The notes below the pieces were generated by a model. It had not been told where the DNA came from, did no database searches, and was given only the letters and a program-made list of their open reading frames with translations. This document shows positions 27,598 through 42,149 of a stretch of 64,000 bases of DNA, in pieces (the first letter of the stretch is position 1; every line of letters starts with the position of its first letter). Location: contig OX597818.1 in assembly GCA_951406725.2 (NCBI GenBank), forward strand, positions 67,208,001-67,272,000, written 5' to 3'. The position numbers and the translations under genes are program-made. Origin of the DNA: Octopus vulgaris (Eukaryota).

Positions 27598-27780
27598 CAA
27601 CAACATCGAAAAATACATTAAGAATGAGAACCCAGGTTCGAAATTTCCCCTAAGACACCTGATGAAGACTAGAGGGTATATCAGCCGAAACGTTGTTTTA
27701 ACAACAAATAAGATGAGGACAAATATCCTTCAAATGTAAATAATGCAAATAATTCCTCATCTCTTAGATATAGAACCGTA
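27372..27780 (+). mobile_element. Solo PLE-P1 pLTR / SINE-like copy (tRNA head, (AAT)n, hammerhead, tail)
   Basis: Starts at GCGTAGTGGTT; B-box-like GAGTTTGATTC; (AAT)n at about 27438-27604; ends TTCCTCATCTCTTAGATATAGAAC like the 25910 end. Confidence 0.88.
27654..27699 (+). ncRNA. Minimal type I hammerhead ribozyme motif (PLE-P1)
   Basis: GACAC-CTGATGA-A-stem II-GAAA-CG-TT-GTTTT; both core boxes intact; consensus of copies gives stem I GACAC/GTGTT and stem II GGCTG/CAGCC. Confidence 0.65.
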
Positions 27781-28074
27781 TCATATTAAGTATGTTGGAA
27801 AACAAATACAAGAATAAAATTTTAATTAATTTTAGGCTTCAATAAGATTCAGTATGAAAGCTTTATAAATTTTCAAATCCTGCAGTTAAAATGTAATTTT
27901 GATATAAATAAAGTTATTTGATTATAACCTATGGGATTACGTATAAGAAAAAATAGTGAAAACATAGTTTCTGAAAGCTATCTCAATATTTGCAAATAAT
28001 TTAAATAAAAAACAGCTAATTCCAGTTAATCATCGTTTGTGCCACGATATACCTCTCTCTCTGTTCTTTTGTGG

Positions 28075-28143
<69 letters not shown>

Positions 28144-29884
28144 TTGTCTCTCTCAATCACACACAAACGCACATAATGTATAACATACAGACACTCGTGT
28201 GCACAAATAAGTTATGAACAAAATGTCTGCTAAAAGCGTGCATATTTTTCATTGTTGATAAATACATATATATATTGCCTCAATTAGAACTTTCTGTCAC
28301 ATCCTGTAGCTTTGCAGCACCTTACACCCTGGTCCAATTGGGTCATCTTCTTTTAAGACATTGGTCTCGCAGCTGCTGCTGCTATGTCTGGCACTGCCAA
28401 AGCAGATAGGTAATTCGACAGGTTCATGTTTCTGTGTGCGAGGAACATGAGTATGTCCACAAATCACTTCCGGCTAGCTAGGGGAATTTTTTCTTAAGAT
28501 GCTGTCAAAATGCCCATTGATGCAGGAGCACTACCGTCATAGGTGTAAGAACTGCGCCCCGTTATGTTAGATAAATTCCAACAACGGAGAATAAAGATTA
28601 ACAAGCGAAAGAAAAAATCACATTTCGGATATTTAATGGGATAAAATGAAGAATTTTGAATTATAAGTGATATATAATCTACTTCAATCCCCAGAGGTAA
28701 ATTTCTATGAGTGTATATATTACATGCGAGTAAGTATTCACACTGTTGTGTATAGTAGGTGTATAACATTGTAATTTATAAAAATCGTTTATTTTATATA
28801 TGTTGTAATAACTGTTTGACATAGATTGATTTGTTAAACCCTATTTCAAGGAATCGTGGCTGGCCAACTAGAAATAGGGAACATTTTAATGCAGAGAAAA
28901 CATTAAATCAATTCGTATTTTGTGATGTCTAAAAAGACAGCTCGTGTCCACTATCCCTATTCTATGATAAAATATATTTTGTCTTCTCCCTTCGAATCTA
29001 AAACTATCACCGAATCATTATCAATTAAAGAATAGCAGACGGGTAGGAACTAACAATTTATACTTTATTTGGTAACTCAAGCTGCTAGAAACAGCAGGTA
29101 AACACCTTGAATTCATACCTGCATTTTATTTAAAAAATAAAAAAAGAAGATCCATTCAATAACCAGATCCAATATAAAAGTGCTACAAAAGCGAATCAAA
29201 ACAGCAAAGGATTATTGGTGGAAATTATAAAAAAAACACGCATGTACACACACAGACACACAAATACACACATACACGCACACAGACACACATACACGCA
29301 CATACACACCTACAAATACAAGCATACACGCACATACATACACGCATATGCACACACATACGCACATATACACACATACAAACATACACATACATACACA
29401 CGCAAAAACACACATACACACACGTGTATGTGTGTATACGACGGTCTTACACCCAATTTTTTACAAGGCAGACTTACAGTTTAGTGGCCAATTAGATCTT
29501 GTAATATATTTGTTGTAGGTAATTCGCTTTGTTAGTGAACCTGAAACCACATCGTTGCAAATGATCTTCCTACTCGTACAACAGAGCCTATCCCTGATTA
29601 ACTGTTTATATCTTTTGATCTTGCATCAAAATATAAGTTAGAAAGACTCAACCTTATGAACGGCTTGTAATCATATACAGGGAAGTAAGGACATTTTGCC
29701 AAATATATCGCCAAACCTACAACGACAATGAGATTATAGATTTCATCATCAAAGGCAATATCATTCCGTTTGCAAGCATCAAGCTTTCTAAGTAGCTCCC
29801 ATATATTACAAACAATTCCATCTATCTCTGATTTGGTTCAGACATGCTTCGTAAATGTTTCTTTTAAATTGGGAGACATTGAGT

Positions 29885-30078
29885 ATGGTGGCATGCTAGA
29901 ATCGTGAGACAGTGCATGATGGCGTGGCAGAATCGTGAGACACAGTGCATGGTAGTGTGCTAGAATCGTGTGACAGTGCGTGGTGACGTGCTAGAATCGA
30001 CAGCACGGCGGGCGCAGTGCCTATCCGCATTTTATCCGTTTTGAATCCAAATCCAGCCGAGTTCAACATAGCTATCCA
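29885..30078 (+). repeat. About 4 x 31-33 bp minisatellite running into a degenerate family B SINE body
   Basis: Unit TGGTGGCATGCTAGAATCGTGAGACAGTGCA; followed by CAAATCCAGCCGAGTTCAAC (cf. CAAATTCCGCCGAGGTCGAC). Confidence 0.7.
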
Positions 30079-30771
30079 TCTATTCGAGCACTGGGACCGA
30101 TGCAATCGCTTTACCTCACCTTTCAAATTACTAACTTCACCCAAATATTTAAAACTGAGTTGTAGATTACATGAAAATTTTCGATGCATAAACTCGATTA
30201 ATACATTTATTGGTTTAGTTTTAATTTAGTGATTACAAAAGAGACGTATTTGCAATTATCACAGCTTTGATTAGCGCTAAGAACAAAAACTTTCTTCCCG
30301 TAGTCAATACTGCATGATTCCATATCTTGAACCGCATTTTTTCAGTAAGTCCTTCAATTCCTACTGCCTTTAATATTTTTATTACACAGATTTAGCTACC
30401 GTTTCTCTCATGACTGCTTGAGTACTTTTCTGATCGTAGGCGTTGAAACCATGGCAATCCCGCCTGTTATACTATCTGATCTATCGTTTGTTGAAGTCAA
30501 TGTGATAATATGAATTTTGACTCTGAGTAGAGAAGCTCACTCATAATGTCTTTGTAAAATTATTTTCCCGATGATATTTTTCTCCTTTAACAGAACAGCC
30601 ATGTTCAAGTGGCGACAAAAGCCACTTCTCAGTGCGGTTACTTCTTTCATCTCTGATAGAGATGACATAAGTAGGTACTTTGCTTAATTAGAGACAGTGA
30701 AACACACACACCTGAGTATGTATGGATAGATAGAAAGATAGATAGACAGATAGATAGACAGATAGATAGAC

Positions 30772-30802
<31 letters not shown>

Positions 30803-30803
30803 C

Positions 30804-30838
<35 letters not shown>

Positions 30839-30851
30839 TAGGTAGGTAGAT

Positions 30852-31335
30852 ATATAATAACAAAATAATAGATAAAACATATGCATATATACAAACGTAT
30901 ATCTACTAGCTACCTCTACATGTATATATACATGCATATATGGGTACAGGACACCAAAAAAACGTCGAACACAATGAGAAACGAAAACAAAACAAAACGA
31001 AGGACAGGGACATTTGTTTAAACAACGAAAAAACAGAGTACAAACATAGAACACAAGGAAAATTCCCCTTCTTCAGCCGCCTCTGCTTCGTCTTACTCCG
31101 TGTTAGGCGGCTGAAGAAGGGGAATTTTCCTTGTGTTGTATATTTGTACTCTGTTTTTTCGTTGTTCAAACAAATGTCCCTGTCCTTCGTTTTGTTTTGT
31201 TTTCGTTTCTTATTGTGTTCGACGTTTATTTGGTGTCCTGTACCCATATATGCATGTATATACACATATAGATGTAGCTAGTACATATATGTATGTATAT
31301 ATGCATATGTTTTATCTATTATTTTGTTATTATAT
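30852..31335. repeat. Long palindrome, arms about 230 bp, 22-bp spacer; probable inverted PLE pLTR pair
   Basis: 30852-31082 is the near-perfect reverse complement of 31105-31335; mirrored ORFs appear in the track; CTGAAGA lies near the inner ends. Confidence 0.85.
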
Positions 31336-31751
31336 GATCCACTTCTTAAGTAGATGTATATAGATAGATAAACCAGCATTGGAAAATGTGTGAGATCTTT
31401 GGTACAGTTAGTTATATTCGAAATAAGAAAAGGTGTGGGATTCATGGTAGTTCATATCAGTGTTATGCATTATTGTGTCTTTAAATGTTTTGATAATATA
31501 AGTTTTATACTTCAGTTAGTAGATTTAGTAAGTTGTTTGTTACCTTGGGGGGGGGATAAGTTTTTTTTTCTAAATCTCCCCACACAAGTTGACAAAGAAC
31601 TTAATAGATTTACGAAGTAACGTGTAAAATTCATATTATTGAAAAATTATAAAAATTATAAATTAAACTGATTTAGCCAGTGACGTCATTCTTTTCTTTT
31701 TTCAAATATATATATATCAATATTTATATATATATGTATATATATATATAC

Positions 31752-31793
<42 letters not shown>

Positions 31794-32268
31794 CTGTGTA
31801 TGTGTCTGTGCGTGCGTTAGTGTGTTTGTGTGCAAATAAGCATGCATACAAACACACACACATACACAGAAACACACATATATATATATATATGTATATA
31901 TGCGCAAAGGAAATGTACACTTATATCAAGGTTGCAGCTATTAAGGTGAAACAAGAATTTCTGTCAAACGAAATACAGAACAAAAAGAAAACAATCGTAA
32001 GAGAGAAAGCGGGAGAAAAGGAGAGAGTGGGAAATACAGTGAGAGAAAGATACAGGTGGTTTTGTTACAAAGAGATATAAATATAATAAATGAATTAATT
32101 TTTATTCCTGACAAGAACACCTGAAATATGTTCAAAGTAATTTTAGGGAACGTCGTAGAAACATCGGGTTTTATGAGACTTTGATTTATTCCGTGCTTTA
32201 TTTACATGAGAAATTACAAAGGTAAGGATGTGTACATACATACATGCGTGTGTGCGTGAGTGTATGTC

Positions 32269-32301
<33 letters not shown>

Positions 32302-33802
32302 ACAATGATTATATACAAGTGAGATTTATGATATGCACTGCCTTGGGAATATCAAAATACTTACTCTTAAATAAAAGTGATCTATTCTCTTTGATTAGCG
32401 CCTCAAACATACAATAACCATTTAAATGTTTAGGTATCATCATTCTAGTTGTTGTTGCATTTTGATTACGGAAACAGGAACTGTCGTAAAAGAATCATTT
32501 CCTTCAAAATGTTGCTTCAAAGCGTTTCTGATATTGAAAGACAATGCGGCGCTGAGATTTAAGACGACTTCGATCACCAACCACATAATGAATCTTTCGA
32601 AGCTTACTAAACATTAATACGTTCAGAAATCATGATTAAATGCGATTGAAGTGTTCTTTCAACTTCCTTGTTTATTACCATGTCGACTGCTGCCACTGTG
32701 GTGACATTTACGTTCAACTGGATGTTTTCGTCTTACTTGCACTTCTATGTCACTGCTTTCTTCTTCCTAGCAACAACAAATATGTACCAGTACTTCTGTC
32801 ACTTTCAGTTAAGTTTCAGACATATTTTCCAGAACCTCGTTGCTTTCTTTTCAACTTACATTTTGAGTGTATTCAACAAATGTCTACACCAAATTCCGTC
32901 GTAACAAGTACCAGATATGTTTTCTATTTTACCAACAAACCATTTAGAGTATGCAAGTATTTAATTTCATGGTTTGTGCAATGCATATCTTTCCCATTGG
33001 TTCTTATAAATGCATTCCAATCATTCACTTTAAACTTCTTTAAGCAAAGACATTCATCATTCCCTTCTCTCAAAGAGGAATCTTGAACTGGCCGGCTTTA
33101 CATTCAGAAATTTTATCCACAAAATGTTCCATTAGTGAAGAATCACTTATGATGCTGCTTAGATTCTAACCCAACTGGTATACACACATATATCTTTGCC
33201 CCAACATTCAGCTGTCTCGACGAGTATTCAATAAAATTTAGAGCCAGCGCTAAAGCATACGACGTCCCGTACACGAATACGCCTATATAAAAAATGTGAT
33301 CATTTTTCTATCTGCAGTTTCATTGCTGGCTTTAATTTCCATTAAAAAAATCTGTAGAAATCAACTTTAAAATAATCACATCGCACTGTTAACACAAAAT
33401 ACAAAGAGATTAATAAGTCATAAAACTTTGATATTCTTCATATTGAATTATGGTTCATAGAGGAAATACGGTATCATATCCCGCAATTACTACAACCAAT
33501 TAACTAATCTAACTTTTATATAGGCTGCAGTTCATTTAGGCCCTCTGCGCTACACACAAGCCTGTGTATGGTACATATTATTTATTCCCTTGTATAGTCA
33601 ATTTTACCCCCACATTACTGAGGAATCAGTATTTCCCTGTAAAATATTTCTTTGAAATTTTACGTAAAATTGTTTCAACCAAAGTCGTAGAAACACGTGA
33701 CAAGGAGGTGTAGCTGTTGAATTTTTTCGGAAATTGACATTAAAATTAAGTTAAGTAATAGCAGCAGTAACATCTGATTTCTCACACATACATATCTAGA
33801 TA

Positions 33803-35839
<2,037 letters not shown>

Positions 35840-35844
35840 ATATA

Positions 35845-36151
35845 GGGGTAAACACCCCCTTCGGTCATGAATGACCATGGGATTGCACCTAGAAAGTTAC
35901 CCTCCTAGACACAAGTCCGGGCAAGGTTGTTTATGGAAGGCCAGCAGTCGCCCATGCATACCAGCCTCCCCTCTCCACGCCACCAGTGTTATCCAAAGGG
36001 AAAGACAAAGGTCGATACAGCTTGGCACCAGTGACGTCGCAACTCATTTCTACAGCTGAGTGAACTGGAGCAACGTGAAATAAAGTGCCTTGCTCGAGAA
36101 CACAACACGCACTCCGGTCCGGGATTCGAGCTCACAACCTCACGATCGTAA
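35845..36151 (-). mobile_element. tRNA-derived SINE family C (5' tip missing)
   Basis: Reverse complement GAGGTTGTGAGCTCGAATCCC...GCAAGGCACTTTATTTCACGTTGCTCCAGTTCACTCAGCTGTAGAAATGAG; homologous to 10575-10790. Confidence 0.85.
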
Positions 36152-36175
36152 ATATATATATATATATATATATAC

Positions 36176-36458
36176 TTCGCACCATCTGACTTTCACCTCT
36201 TTCCAATCATGAACTCTTTTATGAAGGGGAAGCATTTTTCGGATGATAATGAAGTTATTTCCGAGGTAAAGTCTTGGCTCCAGACGCAACCTATCGACCT
36301 CTACAGACGAGATCTGCACAGTTACAAGAATGGACGAGAGAAGTGTATCACAGTTGGTGGTTGTTATGTAGAGAAGGGACAATAATTATGCCAAATTTCG
36401 TTTATCCAAGTCTGTGAACTGGGTTAGGGTAAATCTTTAATGAAATTCCCTTGTGTAT
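36176..36458 (+). pseudogene. mariner transposase 3' fragment
   Basis: FAPSDFHLFPIMNSFMKGKHFSDDNEVISEVKSWL...EKCITVGGCYVEK. Confidence 0.85.
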
Positions 36459-37904
36459 ACGTACACACTCTGTGTGTGTATATGTGTCGCGGGGTGGTGG
36501 TGGCTCTCGATATAATGTATCCCAAAATATTTTAATATCTCAAAATTTCAATATAACCGACCATGTTTGTCTTTCAGTCGCAGAAATTCTTTTTTGATAA
36601 ACCATTTCTTTATCGCTAATTTACATGCAGCCTACGTCTCTGCATTCCCTGCTTATGATGTAAATTTCATAACAAGTAACTCACGAGAATTTCATAACCA
36701 ATCAATAATTGAATAGGAATACTTAATTTCTAAAATAAATATTGTTGTTATAAAGGTTGTTTACAGTATAGAATTCATGTAATATAGCAAAGATATTGCA
36801 ACTGTAAGGCAATAAATTTCTTTAAGCCATCCATGAAATCTTATAACCAAGAAATGAATTTGCAATTGACTGTTTCTATTACTATTTTCCACTAACTCTC
36901 GCTTTCTTCTGTTTGTCTCTCTGACTCTCTCTCTCTCTTTCTCCCGCCCTCTCTCTCTTTCTCCCCCTCTTTCTCTCTTTCTCCCCCTCCCCCTCTCTCT
37001 CTCTATATATGTACTCTATATTTGTGAGTACGTGTGTGAATACGTACGAGAGCGCATATATTTATGAGCGTTCAACGTTTCCATTTTCTTATTGAATATA
37101 ACGTGTTAACGTTGGCATGCAAAGGTCTTAAAACACAAACCACTTTTAGTAATCTCAGTATTTATTTCAAAATTACTGCCTCTGTATGCATAGTTATTCC
37201 AGTCATAATCACCTTTTCTGTAATACGCCATTGAACAAAAGGTGTACATTTACTTTATTTTCCTTAAAGTTTCAAAATTTTAATTATATTGTCTCCACAA
37301 TTCTTTCAATATTCCCTCCAAAGAGGAGCCGAATTCTAATCATTATCATTGGTCATGCTTTGAGATATCTAAAGAAAATTAAACTTGCTGCTTCGGTCCT
37401 GTTTTCTTAGAGAAACAGGTAATTAGATCTGGAAAACTTAAAAATTTTTTCCTCATCTCGCACAAAATGTTTTTCGTTTTTAGAAAATAGTTTTGATAGA
37501 AGTTAATGCTTTGTTTTCCAGATGAAACCGTATGCTCATTCATATGCAGATTATATCCTAAGTTTCAATATCACTGGCGTTTTGCGTTTCATAATGCAAA
37601 AATGAACAGATGAGCAAAATAAAAGCCGAATTAAAATAAATAAGTAACTCCTGTAACGTGATGCTTGGAAATTCATGCTATAAGGAAGAATGGAATATTC
37701 TGATTGAATCGTTATTATATTTGATGCTTGATGTTACGGGCTTAAAAGATATTCCGATGTATGAAAAAAATTATCTCTAAACAAGTGACCTCAAGTGTGT
37801 GTCTTGCCTGAAAATATTGCTCTGCTTGAACATTCGTAACAGTAATATATGTCCAATCTTTGGTAATAATTATGAAATTTATGTCGGTCTAAAAAATATT
37901 TACA

Positions 37905-38068
37905 CAAACTATGTAAAGAATTCATTCAAAGTCTTCACGAAGCGCATTGAAAGGTGTATCACCATTGGTGGTGGCTATGTAGAGACGGACCAATAATTAT
38001 GCCACCTTTCGTTGATCCCCGTCTTTGGGAATCGGGTGAGGCGAAATATTTAATGAACTCTCGTCGTA
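37905..38068 (+). pseudogene. mariner 3' end fragment related to 36176-36458
   Basis: KRIERCITIGGGYVETDQ*; shares the 3' UTR CAATAATTATGCCA...TTTCGTT...TTTAATGAA. Confidence 0.7.
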
Positions 38069-38521
38069 TATGCCTACACACATACACACGCATACATACA
38101 CAAACACACACACACACACGTGTTTATATATATATATATATATATTTGTGTATTTGTATGTTTGTGTAGTGTGTGCGTGTGCGCGCGGAAGTTCTTTTGC
38201 GTGTGTAAACTCATGACAAAATAATATATTGACCCGATCAAAATATCGTTGATCACCAAAATAAGATTCTACTTTCCTATTCTAGTTCAACCAACCAATG
38301 AATTTGGTGTTAAATACGATAAATTATTTGGTTTGACCAAAATAATGAAATGCAGAATAAAAATCTTAGAAATTTTGGAAAAGGTGGATAAAAAATATTC
38401 CATGCCATAAAGAATTAATGAATGGATATAATATCGTGCCATAATCTTTGGGGATCAATCACACATTTACAAAAATAGAAGAAAAATAACACATCGCATA
38501 CCTTTCGTATACACTGAGAAA

Positions 38522-38660
38522 TATCCTTTCCTACTCTAGGCACAAGGACCGAAATTTTGGGGAGTGGGACCGGTGGATTTTATCAACCCCAGTACGCAAC
38601 CGGTACTTAAATTATCGACCCCGAAAGGGTGAAACGTAAAGTCGAGCTCAGCGGAATTCA
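38522..38660 (-). mobile_element. SINE family B 3' part
   Basis: CTAGGCACAAGG...CCCCAGTACGCAACCGGTACTTAAATTATCGACCCCGAAAGG. Confidence 0.8.
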
Positions 38661-38702
38661 GACTGAGGAATATTGTACAAAGAGTTATGTACGATGGGGT
38701 AT

Positions 38703-39118
38703 ACTCTTACTCTTTAACTCTTTTACATGTTTCAGTCATTTGACTGCGGCCATGCTGGAGCACAGCCTTTAGTCGAGCAAATCGACCCCGGGACTTATTC
38801 TCTGTAAGCCCAGTACTTATTCTATCGGTCACTTTTTTGCCGAACCGCTAAGTGACGGGAACGTAAACACACCAGCATCGGTTGTCAAGCAATGCTAGGG
38901 GAACAAACACAGACACACAAACAAATACACACACTTATATATATATACATATATACGACAGGCTTCTTTCAGTTTCCGTCTACCAAATCCACTCACAAGG
39001 CATTGGTCGGCCCGGGGCTTTAGCAGAAGACACTTGCCCAAGATGCCACGCAGTGTGACTGAACCAAGAACCATGTGGTTGGTTAGCAAGCTACTAACCA
39101 CACAGCCACTCCTGCGCC
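38703..39118 (-). mobile_element. tRNA-derived SINE family A (full length)
   Basis: Reverse complement of 365-770 over its whole length. Confidence 0.92.
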
Positions 39119-41257
39119 TATATATTTATAAAAGTGTTGTAATATGTTATTCCTGAAATTAATTTGTACTAAAAAGTAAATATGAAACCGAACGAGTGTG
39201 ATTTGGCGAGTGTGCTTTCTTCTATTGGATTATTGAATCTACATTGGTCTTTCATACAAATAATATCAAGTCTGACTTCTAAGTTTCAATTCATATGTTC
39301 TCTTGTAGTTATAGAGTTTTAATTCTATTATGGAAAACAAGTAAAATTTCGTTGAAGCTTTTCTTTCTCTCTATTTTAATTAATGCACTTAGATACACTT
39401 ATTGCACATATGTATACCGGTGTGTGTTCCTATGCAGGTACATATTTATATATATGCATATATATGTGCTTATATGTAACTATGTATACGTGTAAGTATG
39501 AATATGCCTCATTGATGAAAGAGGAGGAAAAGTCAGGGAGGGAAAGCGAGCAGGGGAAGAGAGACGAAGAGAGGCATAATCGGTATAAATATTTGATATA
39601 GTGGATTAATAGTTATAGAAATGCTATATTGATAATTTAATAGATATTGAAAATAACAATCATATTTCAAATTTATTATTCATAAAAGAGAATAATCTTA
39701 ATTTTTCTGACATTCCAATAATATAATGTTTCATAACTTGTCTGCATATTAACAAATTCTAGTATAATTAACTGCATTATATAATATTTCATAAAACCAA
39801 TAAAATCCTAAATTTGCAAGATTAATGTCAATAGTTTCTAACTAAAGGTATAACGTAGAAGAAAAGGAAAGAAAAACTTGTGTCTTTTCACTAATAATAA
39901 GGCGAATTCTATGAGAAATAAAGGAAACATTCCAAGATATTTTACATTAAACCAAAGCATTTTACGGCATTATTCCTTCTATGATATCCATTCAAAGTAT
40001 ATTTCTAGGGAATATAAATGGATTTTGTGTTTATAATTCTTTTTCAAAGAGGCTTTCATATTCAGTTTGATTTTCAATAAATTTGACATTTCAATGATTG
40101 AATCTCGTGTTTATATATTCATGAACGCAAGACTATCTACACACACACACACACGCACGCAAGCAAATACTCGCGCGTGCAGAAACGTACGTACACACAA
40201 ATGCACGCACACAAACACACGCACGCACACACGTGAACATACAAGCACGCACACACACTAATGTTATACATATATATTTACGTACATAAACATACACACA
40301 CCGACATGCACACATACATATATATGAATACATCAATATGTCCGGCTACAGAATTTATACTAATATCATGTATATAATAACGCAATAATGCGTCTACATA
40401 TATGTGTATATTTTTGTATTTACAAAGGTGTGTTTGAAAGGAGACAGGCATAGAATATATGGTCATAATACGAGGAAGCTAGATAGAAATTAACAAAGAT
40501 GACAAGGGTGTGGGGTAGATAATACGTTTGCAGATTTAGAGAAATATATGAAGAATTGAAAATGCGATTATTGATATTTGAAGGGAAAGGCTTGCTGAGT
40601 AGGATGTTATGAAGAAAGACTTATATAGAATAGCAAAAATCTATGCGGATAGTATAACTGAATTACCGCTTAGCTGAAGTTGCCACTGGGAATGGCATTA
40701 TGTGAGGAGTAGGAGCAAGTATTTCACGGTCGGGGGCAAGTACCAGATTAAATACGTTGACAAACGTCCATATTTGTAGCACGGTAGTCAATGCAATGTG
40801 CATCGCAAAGAAAAATGTGACGACTGGTCGGGAAATGATAGGTCATGTAAGTATATGGGTATATATCGTGATGAGATTTAGCGGTATAAATTAATCATCT
40901 ATAGGAAACCAAATGAGGTCAGTGAGTGCACATGATTTGTATGCGGTTGTAGATAATACAGCGGTGATTTGACACCGAGTCTCTACATGCATGTTCTGAC
41001 ACCACCGTAAAACACCATAGATTCGCGTGAAGGGTCTATTACCCGACCAACCACCGTGAAGCTAGGACCGGGGCAGATTATTCTTTAACAAATTATTATG
41101 TTTCACTTCATATCTCCTATAAAAAGCCGTTGGGTGCGCATTTATAGGACCCATGAGGGCAGCGAAGACGAATGGCGCAGAGAGGTTGACAGGAACTTTC
41201 GTCGCCACGTGTATGACAACATTGTTTGCAGTTATGCTAGGCAAGCCATATATCATT

Positions 41258-41466
41258 TACTATTCTAGGCACAAGGCCCGAAATATATGGGGAGAGCGGC
41301 AGTCGATTAGATCGACCCCAGTACGCAACTGGTACTTAATTTATCGACCCCGAAAGGATAAAAGGCATAGTCAACCTCGGCGGAATTTGATCTCAGAACG
41401 CAAAGACAGACGAAATACTGGTAAGCATTTCGCCCGGCATGCTATCGTTTCTGCTCGCTGCCTCAG
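41258..41466 (-). mobile_element. SINE family B (near full length)
   Basis: Reverse-complement head GGCAGCGAGCAGAAACGATAGCATGCCGGGCGAAATGC, B-box-like GAGATCAAATTCC and the conserved core. Confidence 0.85.
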
Positions 41467-42149
41467 GCATGCCGCGCATTGCCATATCAAATGCTACAGT
41501 AAACACCCACCAGTATCTCACTCCAGTCTGTAATTATTGCTGTTGTTATCTGTAAGATGCCAACACAGTTTGACTTTCTACGCAATAATAAAATCGTCTG
41601 TTAATTGTTCGTGGGTGTTGTTCTGTTACTTCACCACTACAATCCAGCCCCACAACCTACAGACCATAACAATGGCTACTGAAATAATAAGTGTATTTAT
41701 TGCAAGAACAAATAGTTAATATTTAAAACTGTAAGTTCAATGAAGAGTATGAATATATTTAAATGCTGGCGTTGGAGTAACGTAGGAGAACCAGAAAGAT
41801 GTAAATATTATACGTTTGCTAAAGTTATAAAATACTGTAACTCATTAGGATATATTATTTAGTTAAAACATTGTAATTAAATTACGAGCAGAATGTAATA
41901 GATTGAAATAAAAAATTCAAGGAAGATTAAATAAGTAACAAATTTTGAAGACTGTTAGCAAATACAGATTTCAAAGAAACGTGTAGAATTAAATTCGAAG
42001 AAAAAGATGAGGAATAAAGAGGTACGTACATTACAGATTAAATTAAATTAGATAAGCATATAATGCACTCCGAATTCCTATGAGTGAAAACTGGGCTTCT
42101 GAATGTATTCGTTCTTCTATCTACACAATATAAATTTTTAGCCCCAGTA

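Noticed and set aside
29885-30005. Regular repeats of about 31 bp that could suggest a CRISPR array
   Set aside because: No unique spacers, no cas genes and a eukaryotic context; it is a minisatellite
31105-31140. Hammerhead at CTGAAGA in the palindrome arm
   Set aside because: No properly placed GAAA or closing stems could be found, so it was not called a ribozyme
30906-31281. Two mirrored ORFs (MGTGHQ..NVEHN..)
   Set aside because: A by-product of the DNA palindrome; no domain features
32400-33250. Possible retroelement N-terminal coding remnant on the minus strand, and the 148-aa plus-strand ORF
   Set aside because: Coding-like composition but no diagnostic motif I can identify
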